A DNA stretch of 64,000 bases from an uncultured bacterium. Lineage in GTDB: Bacteria > Fermentibacterota > Fermentibacteria > Fermentibacterales > Fermentibacteraceae. How positions within the stretch are numbered: the stretch's first letter is position 1; each line of letters opens with the position of its first letter. The translations under genes were made by a program, and so were the position numbers. Of this stretch, positions 49,186 through 57,142 are shown in pieces. Under the pieces are notes generated by a model. The model had not been told where the DNA came from, searched no databases, and saw only the letters and a program-made list of their open reading frames with translations. The stretch is from positions 4,231 to 68,230 of the forward strand of contig CAZMTK010000005.1 in NCBI GenBank assembly GCA_964569245.1, written 5' to 3'.

Positions 49186-51087
49186 CTACCGTGGCATGAC
49201 GACCATGTGAACGGTCTGCCTGAGGTTGCCCTCCCCCCTAGCCTCGACGAGGTAGCTTGCCGGGGGCAGCCCGGAGACGTCGATCTGCCTCTCTCCAGGC
49301 GGCAGGCTGAAGGACCGCACGATCCGTCCCGACAGGTCGAACAGTGAGACCTCGAGGGGAGACTGTTCCATGCCGGACCACGAGACAGAGGTGATGGAAG
49401 CGCATGGATTGATCGTCAGCCGCATCGTGCCCACGCCCCCGGCCGGTGGAACCGGTCTCTCTCCCAGTCCGAGGAGGTTTCCGCACAGGATTCTTCTCCA
49501 GGGATCGAATTCCACCGATCTGGGCTCGAACGGGACGGTGCACACCCCCTGCTGGCCCTGGGAGTCGTTCCACAGCGTCACGACGGTGTCCTGCGAGAGA
49601 CCGTCTATCCTGAACTCGAGGGGCATCGTGAAGAAGGGTCCTATCGTCTGGACCTGATCTATCTGGATCGTGACCTCCCAGTCCGGCCCTGACTGCTGCC
49701 AGGAGAAGTCGAAGTCGTAGACGGGGTATCCCCAGTCGTAGACCCAGGTGTCGAAGAACCAGTCGATGTCGTCACCCGTCACGAACTCGATGTCGTCCCT
49801 GAAATCATCGGGGTTCACCAGCCCGTACTGGTGGTGGTCGAAGTAGAAGTTCAGCACCTCGAAGAAGGTGTCGCTGCCGAGGACGTAGCGCAGCATGTGG
49901 AGCACGCTCGCTGCCTTCTCGTAGGTGGTGTAGCCGAAGATCTCGCCTGGGGTGGTGGGGCTGTCGATGGGGAACATCTCCCCGCTCTGCAGATACGGAA
50001 TCATTATGTCCTCGACCATGTACTCCCTGTATGCCCAGTCTCCGTAGGTCTCCATCCACAGCGCCTCGCCGAGAGTTGCGAAGCCCTCCTTGAGCCATAT
50101 GTGCTGCCATTCGTTCATGGTCACGCAGCAGCCCCACCACATGTGAGTCATCTCGTGGGCTATCAGCCAGTCGTAGTTAGTGAAGCCGTTGACGGCGGAC
50201 GCGATGTGAGCGATGGCGGAGGTGTGTTCCATGTCGCCCTTGGGGGTCTCCACCAGCCCGAATCTGCAGCCCCACGGATACGGCCCGAAGAGGGATTCGA
50301 GGTTGGCGAGCATCCCGTCCACGTTGACGAAGCTCCCCAGTGCGTCCTCCACGTCCCACGAGTACACGTAGTAGTAGATCCTCGAATCCGTGGAGTCGTG
50401 GAGGACGGTGTAGTCGCCGACAGCCATGGTCGCGAGGTAGGTCGGCATCTGCTGGTCGAAGCTCCAGCTGTAGGTCGCCTTTCCGCCCGAGAACTCCACG
50501 CCTGCAGAGTCGCCGTTGGCAACCGCATATAGGGTGTCGGGGCAGGTTATGTGGAAGTCGAACGTCGCCTTGTCGTTCTGGTGGTCCCAGCAGGGAAACA
50601 TGCACTTCCCCATGCACTGGCCCTCGGTGTAGATGCCGACGCCGATCTGATAGGTGATGTAGGGATGGAACCAGAAGCCTCCCCAGGCCTCGTGGTAGGG
50701 CGTACCCGAGTAGGAGATGAACAGCTCCTCCGTGTCGCCCGGTTCTATCGGCTGGGAGAGCGTGATGTAGAGAGAGTCCGCCTGCTGGTAGAAGGGGAGG
50801 TTCCCGGAGGCGTCCCATACCGCGCCGACAGTGAGCTGCCTGAGATCGAGGCGGATCTGGGACACGGCTCCGCCGGCCGAAGTCATGGTGATTGCCGTGA
50901 CTCCCTCTATTTCCTGGATGTCCCGGAAGACCTCGATCTGGATGTCGTAATGAAGGATGTCCACCGGGTTCTGCGGGTGGTCCGCATCGCAGAGCGTATA
51001 GCACGGAGCGAGGGGCCTGGCCAGTGAGCTGTCGTCCAGCCTCGGGTGCGGCTGTGCCAGAAGGGCGAGGAGAACGAGACCGGTCAT
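49186..51087 (-). CDS. M1-family aminopeptidase (gluzincin) with T9SS C-terminal sorting domain
   Basis: 'HEMTHMWWG' HExxH and 'LWLKEGFATL' motifs; signal peptide; C-terminal '...ASYLVEARGEGNLRQTVHMVVMPR' CTD. Confidence 0.8.
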   Translation of the reverse strand: MTGLVLLALLAQPHPRLDDSSLARPLAPCYTLCDADHPQNPVDILHYDIQIEVFRDIQEIEGVTAITMTSAGGAVSQIRLDLRQLTVGAVWDASGNLPFYQQADSLYITLSQPIEPGDTEELFISYSGTPYHEAWGGFWFHPYITYQIGVGIYTEGQCMGKCMFPCWDHQNDKATFDFHITCPDTLYAVANGDSAGVEFSGGKATYSWSFDQQMPTYLATMAVGDYTVLHDSTDSRIYYYVYSWDVEDALGSFVNVDGMLANLESLFGPYPWGCRFGLVETPKGDMEHTSAIAHIASAVNGFTNYDWLIAHEMTHMWWGCCVTMNEWQHIWLKEGFATLGEALWMETYGDWAYREYMVEDIMIPYLQSGEMFPIDSPTTPGEIFGYTTYEKAASVLHMLRYVLGSDTFFEVLNFYFDHHQYGLVNPDDFRDDIEFVTGDDIDWFFDTWVYDWGYPVYDFDFSWQQSGPDWEVTIQIDQVQTIGPFFTMPLEFRIDGLSQDTVVTLWNDSQGQQGVCTVPFEPRSVEFDPWRRILCGNLLGLGERPVPPAGGVGTMRLTINPCASITSVSWSGMEQSPLEVSLFDLSGRIVRSFSLPPGERQIDVSGLPPASYLVEARGEGNLRQTVHMVVMPR

Positions 51088-51129
51088 GTCGATTCCCTCC
51101 CTGCCGGGCCCGGCTGGCCGGGCCTGCGA

Positions 51130-52092
51130 TCAGACCGCCTCCATGGTCGAAGGGGGCTTCGAGGCGATGTTGTAGGTCACGCTCACGACTCCGGGCACTT
51201 CGCTCACGATTTCGGCAGCGAGCTTCCCGAGCAGATCGAACGGGAGGTGCGTGGGCGCGGCCTCCCGGGCGTCGAGGCTGTCCCAGCAGCGGATCTCGAT
51301 CTGCTGTCCGAAATCCCTCCTGCCTTCGCGCATTCCGGTCACCCTGTCGTAGTGGAGTATCGCCATGTACTGGAACGCCCCGGTTCCCGCAAGGAGCCTC
51401 TCGACGATCGCGGTGGCCTTCCTGACCGTTTCTATGCGGTCAGTCGTCGCCTCCCCTATCACCCTGGCGGCCAGTGCAGGGCCCGGGAAGGGCATCCTGT
51501 CGAACACCTCCGGCGGAAGCCCGAGCGCCCTTCCGACCTTCCTCACCCCGTCCTTCCGCAGGTTGACGAGCGGCTCGAGAATCCCGTAGCCGAAGGTCTT
51601 CCGCGGGTCAATGCCGAGTTGTTCGAAGACGTTGTGCTGCCTCTTGATGCCAGCCACCGTCTCGTCCACGTCAGTGAGAATCGTCCCCTGCAGGAGGTGC
51701 CTCGCTCCGCTCTCACGGACGATCTCGCCGAAGACGTCCCTGTAGAATGTCCGGGTAACGGCCTCGCGCTTCTCCTCGGGATCCGTGATGCCGGCGAGCG
51801 CCTCGAAGAAGCGCTTCTTCGCGTCGATCACTTCTACTTCGATGCCGAGTCCGCTGAAAAGGGCGCATACGCTTTCCGGTTCGCCCTCCCTCATCAGACC
51901 GTTGTCTATGAACACGGTTCTGAGACGGGTTCCGAGGGCCCTGTGGCCCAGGACAGTCACGACGGACGAATCCACTCCTCCGGAAAGCGCGTTGATGGCT
52001 GTGCCGTCACCCACAGCTTCGTGGATCTCCCTGCACCGCTCTTCGACGAACTTCCCGCAGTCGAGGTCCTCGACTCTGATCTCCCTGATCAT
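51130..52092 (-). CDS. guaA: GMP synthase ATP-pyrophosphatase subunit (PP-loop subunit B, standalone)
   Basis: 'ALSGGVDSSV' PP-loop, 'VIDAKKRFFEALAGITDPEEKRE', 'LLQGTILTD' and 'NIASKPPSTMEAV' C-terminal dimerisation motif; no glutamine amidotransferase domain in this ORF or adjacent. Confidence 0.8.
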   Translation of the reverse strand: MIREIRVEDLDCGKFVEERCREIHEAVGDGTAINALSGGVDSSVVTVLGHRALGTRLRTVFIDNGLMREGEPESVCALFSGLGIEVEVIDAKKRFFEALAGITDPEEKREAVTRTFYRDVFGEIVRESGARHLLQGTILTDVDETVAGIKRQHNVFEQLGIDPRKTFGYGILEPLVNLRKDGVRKVGRALGLPPEVFDRMPFPGPALAARVIGEATTDRIETVRKATAIVERLLAGTGAFQYMAILHYDRVTGMREGRRDFGQQIEIRCWDSLDAREAAPTHLPFDLLGKLAAEIVSEVPGVVSVTYNIASKPPSTMEAV

Positions 52093-52475
52093 TCCTCTCC
52101 TCCCTGGCGGATTCCGGGTGTGCGGGAGCCTGTCAGAACGCCGCGGCTTCCATTTACGGCGATGATAAGGAAAAACAGCCTCCCTGGCACCGGCGCAGGG
52201 GCGGCCGCGCCGGGGGGCCTCGGCCGCCCGAAGGACAGTGGAACCTGCTCTGGTCTCTCTCGGGGACTACGACTGGCACCCAGAGCGGAACTCAGGCGCC
52301 CTCTGAGCATGAACACGGGATGGACGGCCTAAGCAATGAGAAACAGCAGAATACATCACCTACCTGAAATCGTGAACCGTCTCCGGCGGGGATTGCGAAC
52401 CGACTCTTGACGTCGATTGACAGCAAGGTGATTTTTGTTTGCAGCCTCGGCTGTATGGGCATGGGAGGGGGTTGT

Positions 52476-53471
52476 ATGAGAAGGCTGTCGTTCGTGTTCG
52501 CCCTGATCCCGGCGGTGTCCCTCGCGGCTCCGCAGATCGTGAGATCGTTCGATGCCCCTGACAGCGGTATAACGGGGCTCGCCTGCAGCGGGAGCTCCGA
52601 CCTGTACGCTGTTTCGGGCCCGTCGCACAAGCTGTTCAAGATCAATGTCGTCACAGGCGCGGTGATCGACTCGTGGACCCTGGCTCCGACGAACCTCAAC
52701 GGCCTCGGCATGGCTGGCGGAAGCCTGTTCGTGACGAACGGCACCAGCACCGTGTACAACTACAGCACCTCTGGGACTCTCATCGACACTTCCATAATCA
52801 TGTGCAACGGTTGAGGCGGCCCCACGCCCGAACCGGTGGTTGGGGCTGGAGGCAACGCGAACAACCTGTTCATCGTGGATGACGACTACACCGTGCTCAG
52901 CAACACCGTGCCACTTCCCGACAGCATATACGCACCGACCTACATGTACATGACCTACTACGGCACCACCTACGACATCGCCTACGAAGGCTACGGCAAC
53001 GGAACGGGAGACATCTGGTTCGCTACCGGCGAGGCCACGTCTCCCATCAGGGCATACAACACCTCCGGAACGCTGACCTACGCCACCGACATCCTTCCTA
53101 GCGTGCGCGGCCTGGCCTTCTACGCCGACGGCGGACAGCGCTACCTCTGGGCGAGCTGTCCGGGCGACGGGAAGCTGTACCTGATCCTGCTCGATCCTAC
53201 GGGCATCGAGGACGAGCAGGAAGGAGCGGTCCCGGTCGAGCTGTCGTCGAGCATCAACCCGTTCTGCAGCTCGACGGTCCTGACGGGAGAGGGCTTCGCG
53301 TCAGGCGCCGTGCTGGAGGTTTTCGACGTGAGCGGCAGAAAGGTCCTGGAAGCACCCTTCCAGGGTATGTTCCTGCTGGACGGAGACGATGTGCCCGCGG
53401 GATTGTACGTCGCGAGAGTGACCGATCCTGCAGGCGCTTCGGCAAGGCTCTCTCTCACAAAGCTGCAGTAG
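52476..53471 (+). pseudogene. T9SS cargo gene (unknown function) interrupted by one in-frame TGA (52812..52814)
   Basis: ORF 52407..52814 (signal peptide MRRLSFVFALIPAVSLAAP) and ORF 52836..53471 (T9SS CTD '...GLYVARVTDPAGASARLSLTKLQ', no signal peptide) are in the same frame; the 21 nt between them read GGPTPEP; the TGA context is GGT TGA GGC GGC. Confidence 0.65.
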
Positions 53472-53539
53472 CAGTCCTGAACGACGGAGCGGGGCCCGCG
53501 GAGACGCGGGCCCCTTGCTCATCCGGTTCGCGCGAGAGA

Positions 53540-54445
53540 TCAGCGTCGGACTGCGGGCGCGCCGCCCTGCCCCCCTCCATCACGGTCTTCCTCCCGCTCC
53601 AGGGGTCTGCCGCAGTGGGGGCAGAGCCTGAGGCCGGTCTCCATCGCCTTCTGGAGACGCCTCCTCCTGAGGACGTCGTCGAATCCAGACGCTAGAATGC
53701 CTGCTGGAAGTGCGAACAGCCCTATTCCCAGAAGCGCGACGAACGCCCCGAGCGCTTTCCCGGCTGCAGTGACGGGATAGACGCCAGCGGGATCTGCTGA
53801 GGTGATCGTGGCGATGCTCCAGAGGATCGCTTCGGGTATGCTGCCGTACTTGTCCGGCTGGGCCGAGTTCTCCACGTAGTACATCAGTCCGGAAGACATC
53901 AGGATCATTATGAAAACGATGAAGAAGGTGACGCCGATCTCCCCTCTCTTCTCCCTGAGGACCTCCCCGAGCAGCTTGAGGGAGCTGGAGTACCTGTTGA
54001 CCTTGAAGAGCATCAGGAGCCTCACCAGCCTGACGGCCCTGAGGAATCGCAGGTCGAGACCTACGACCCAGGGCAGATAGAAAGGCAGGATGGCCGCGAG
54101 ATCGATGAGGGCCATCGGCGAGACCATGTACCTGAGCCGTCCCATGACGGGATCGTGGCGGTCCGTCTTGAGGTCGGAGGTCCAGAGCCGCAGGACGTAC
54201 TCCAGCGTGAACACCGCCACGGAGAACACCTCGAACCAGCGCAGATACCGGCTCATCGCGAGGTCTATCGAGCGCACGGAGCCCAGGATGACTGCTGCTA
54301 TGTTCAGGGTGATGAGGATGATTATCGTCAGGTCGAAGGTCCTGCTGGCGCGGTCGCCCCTGTGGGCGGCCTCTATTATCTCGAACAGTCTCCTCTTGAA
54401 TCTCCCAGCAGAGCCCTGCATGCGCTCTCCCATCCTGAAGGGCAA
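53540..54445 (-). CDS. Voltage-sensor ion-transport-family channel with non-canonical selectivity filter
   Basis: An S4-like 'LRFLRAVRLVRLLMLFK' with Arg at every third position; the pore helix 'AILWSIATITSADPAGVYP' sits where K+ channels have T(V/I)GYGD; C-terminal 'CPHCGRPLE' motif. Confidence 0.65.
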   Translation of the reverse strand: MPFRMGERMQGSAGRFKRRLFEIIEAAHRGDRASRTFDLTIIILITLNIAAVILGSVRSIDLAMSRYLRWFEVFSVAVFTLEYVLRLWTSDLKTDRHDPVMGRLRYMVSPMALIDLAAILPFYLPWVVGLDLRFLRAVRLVRLLMLFKVNRYSSSLKLLGEVLREKRGEIGVTFFIVFIMILMSSGLMYYVENSAQPDKYGSIPEAILWSIATITSADPAGVYPVTAAGKALGAFVALLGIGLFALPAGILASGFDDVLRRRRLQKAMETGLRLCPHCGRPLEREEDRDGGGQGGAPAVRR

Positions 54446-54570
54446 TGCTGGCTCAGGGTCGAAGCAGGGTCAAGCCCCGCGCCGACCCTGAACGCTTCTC
54501 CGCTTCCTAGAGGCTCGCGAGTTGCCTATCTTCCCCCTCGAGGATTTCCGCCGTCACCGGAGGCTGCAGA

Positions 54571-54936
54571 TTGAACCTTCTTCTCCTCGTTTTCGGCCTG
54601 CTGTCGCAGACCTGGACCACCGCAGGCCCTGTCCTTCGAGTCGATCTCCAGGAAGGCTTCTAGGGATGCGGCGTCGCGCTGTTCCTGGACGGGCTGCCCG
54701 TATTCAGGGATTCCGTTCGCACCGACCCGGTCAAGGGTCTGGCAGGCGGAGCAGACCTCGAGTGCCGCAGCACCCTTGTCGACCTCCGCGTGAGGATCAG
54801 GGAGCTGGGTCTCGACTCGACATTCCGCATCACGATCGGCGAGGGGGAGTTCGTAGGTCTCTCGATCGCCGATTCCGGCGACGGAGATCTCTTCCTCAGG
54901 ATCGTTCAGTCGCAGTCACCGTTCGGGTACGACTGA
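54571..54936 (+). pseudogene. Candidate small secreted-protein gene interrupted by in-frame TAG (54661..54663)
   Basis: A TTG start with GGAGG 8 nt upstream gives MNLLLLVFGLLSQTWTTAGPVLRVDLQEGF, then TAG, then 90 in-frame codons of protein-like sequence (…ALFLDGLPVFRDSVRTDPVKG…LFLRIVQSQSPFGYD) with high GC3; it is not in the ORF track; the overlapping listed ORF 54522..54992 is Arg-rich junk. Confidence 0.3.
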
Positions 54937-54988
54937 CACGGCCGGACCGGGGAGCGTTCAGAGCCGTACCATCCGGAGGTCGCCATCA

Positions 54989-56095
54989 GTGAGAAGGACG
55001 AGCGTTCTGACGTCGGTCTTCTGCAGCTTCATGGCTGCGTCCTGCAGCGGCCCGGACGGAGTCGGGGGCCCTGCGGAGATCGAGGGGCTCCCGCACCGCA
55101 CCCTGGAAGAGACCGGCCGAATCGGGGTCGAGATCGGCGACAGCAACTGCGTCTTCTCGGCCGTTCGAGGAGCCGTCATCACGACCGAAGGCAGGATAGT
55201 CGTCTCGGATGTCGGCACCTTCAGCCTCAGATCCTTCACAGCGGACGGCGCCTTCCTCCACAGGGGGGGCGGGCGTGGCGAGGGTCCGGGCGAGTACACC
55301 ATGCCTGCCTGCCTCGCTCCCTGCCCCGGCGGTGGCGTGGTCGTGTCGGACTTCGGCTCGTCTAAGCTCGTCTTCTACGACTCCACGCTGACCTTCCACC
55401 ACGAGGTGACCGGTATCGTGGAGGGAGTGCCCGGAGATCTGGTGGTTCTTCCAGATTCGGCGATCGTCGGATCGGTGAGGGAGTTCGACAGGTCGACGGG
55501 TTCTGCCGGCTGCTCGGTGCGAAGATGGGAGCCCGGCGAGAGCGAGAGCGGCACCATCTACATGCTGAGAATGCAGCAGGTGGACAGGACGGATCCGGGG
55601 GCGATGTTCAGGGCCACCCAGGTGGTGTTCGCCGCAGCTCCCGACGGCAGGGTCTTCGTGAGCGTCCCGAGCACGGAGGAGTATCTGATCGAGTGCTTCT
55701 CTCCGGACGGTTCGCCGCTCCGCTCCATCGAACGTCCGTTCGAGCCCGTAGAGCGCTCGGAGGAGGATCTCCTCATGGAGCGCGAGATGATGGCCTCGAT
55801 CTACGAGAGTCGCGGGATGCCGGGCATGATCGACGAGTGGGAGCCGGAGCGGTACTGCACCGCGATAGCCGACATGGACGTCTCCGGAGGATTCCTCTGG
55901 GTCCGCAGGGGCACCGAAGCCTTCCCGTTCTACGACGTGTACGATCTGGACGGCCGGCCCCGATTCACCTGTTCGGCGCCGGAGCTTCCGTACTACTCGC
56001 TCGTGGCGGTAGTTCCCTGCGACTCGCTTTTCCTCGCCTACGAGGCGGATCCCGAGGACTACCCCGTGGTTCATCTTCTCGAGTTCACCGAATGA
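54989..56095 (+). CDS. Beta-propeller lipoprotein (6-bladed propeller-like, function unknown)
   Basis: Lipoprotein-like signal MRRTSVLTSVFCSFMAASCSG; a repeating pattern of beta-strand blades; 368 aa. Confidence 0.5.
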   Translation: MRRTSVLTSVFCSFMAASCSGPDGVGGPAEIEGLPHRTLEETGRIGVEIGDSNCVFSAVRGAVITTEGRIVVSDVGTFSLRSFTADGAFLHRGGGRGEGPGEYTMPACLAPCPGGGVVVSDFGSSKLVFYDSTLTFHHEVTGIVEGVPGDLVVLPDSAIVGSVREFDRSTGSAGCSVRRWEPGESESGTIYMLRMQQVDRTDPGAMFRATQVVFAAAPDGRVFVSVPSTEEYLIECFSPDGSPLRSIERPFEPVERSEEDLLMEREMMASIYESRGMPGMIDEWEPERYCTAIADMDVSGGFLWVRRGTEAFPFYDVYDLDGRPRFTCSAPELPYYSLVAVVPCDSLFLAYEADPEDYPVVHLLEFTE

Positions 56096-56134
56096 GACTC
56101 TCCGCCGACAGACTGGCGCCGGCCGTGGACCGGC

Positions 56135-56992
56135 ATGGAGGCTGACATGGGGTACCGAAGGCTGACTCCGGAGGAGGAGAGGGTGATCCTCCGCAAGGGC
56201 ACCGAACCGCCCTTCTCAGGGAAGTACTGGAAGCACACGGAACCGGGCATCTATGTCTGCAGGAGGTGCGGGGCGCCTCTCTTCAGGTCCGAGAGCAAGT
56301 TCGACGCGCGATGCGGCTGGCCCAGCTTCGACGACTCGATCGCAGGAGCTGTTATGCGGAGCCCCGATCCCGACGGTGTGAGGACCGAGATAACCTGTGC
56401 ATCGTGCGGAGGGCACCTCGGGCACGTCTTCGAGGGGGAGCGCCTCACGGAGAAGAACACTCGGCACTGCGTGAACTCGATCTCCCTCGACTTCGAGCCG
56501 GCAGCGTCGGCAGTCGAAAAGGCTGTTCTCGCAGGGGGCTGCTTCTGGGGCGTCGAGTTCCTGCTCAGGCAGGTTCCGGGCGTCCTGGGCACGAAGGTCG
56601 GCTACATCGGAGGAGTAGAGGAGAACCCGACATACGAGATGGTCTGTTCGAAGACGACGGACTACGCTGAGGCAGTGGAGGTCCTCTTCGATCCGGCGAG
56701 ACTGAGCTACCAGGACCTGTTGAAGCGGTTCTTCGAAATCCACGATCCGACCCAGCGTGACGGTCAGGGCCCGGACAGGGGCAGGCAGTACCGCTCGGCG
56801 GTCTTCTACCTCACGGACGATCAGCGAAGGATAGCCGAGGAGGTCATAGGAATCCTCGCCGGCAAGGGGCTGGAAGTGACAACCGAGGTGGTCCCGGCGG
56901 AGAGATTCTGGCCCGCCGAGGACTACCACCAGCGCTATTACGAGCGCACCGGGCGCATGCCGTACTGCCACACGCGCGTTAAGCGGTTCTAG
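56135..56992 (+). CDS. msrAB: Bifunctional methionine sulfoxide reductase MsrB-MsrA fusion
   Basis: N-terminal MsrB ('[12 protein letters not shown]', 'CRRCGAPLF', 'CGWPSF', 'HLGHVF') followed by MsrA ('GGCFWGVE', 'GYIGG'). Confidence 0.85.
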   Translation: MEADMGYRRLTPEEERVILRKGTEPPFSGKYWKHTEPGIYVCRRCGAPLFRSESKFDARCGWPSFDDSIAGAVMRSPDPDGVRTEITCASCGGHLGHVFEGERLTEKNTRHCVNSISLDFEPAASAVEKAVLAGGCFWGVEFLLRQVPGVLGTKVGYIGGVEENPTYEMVCSKTTDYAEAVEVLFDPARLSYQDLLKRFFEIHDPTQRDGQGPDRGRQYRSAVFYLTDDQRRIAEEVIGILAGKGLEVTTEVVPAERFWPAEDYHQRYYERTGRMPYCHTRVKRF

Positions 56993-57142
56993 GGATCATG
57001 CCGGAGCAAGGATCCGGGAAGCGACACTGCATCGACCGGACGCAGATCCTCGAGATGCTCTCAGGCCCGTTGCCCTGAGCGGAAGGACGCGACTGCAGGA
57101 CGGGGGCCGGTCCTGTCACCTCCTGGACCGCAGGCCGAATCG

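Noticed and set aside
52093-52400. Purine or ZTP riboswitch upstream of the GuaA PP-loop subunit
   Set aside because: Only short fragments (CCGUAAAU, CCGCCAGGGA) resemble the consensus. The required paired elements and J2/3 motifs were not found by eye, and it cannot be confirmed without a covariance-model search.
43224-52814. Global UGA-to-Gly reassignment (genetic code 25) or selenocysteine insertion as the explanation for the in-frame TGAs
   Set aside because: TGA terminates many conserved genes here at homologue-consistent positions (tpiA, pgk, gap, cbiM, MFS), frequently inside ATGA or GTGA coupling overlaps. No SECIS-like element is convincing, and the interrupted proteins are not redox enzymes.
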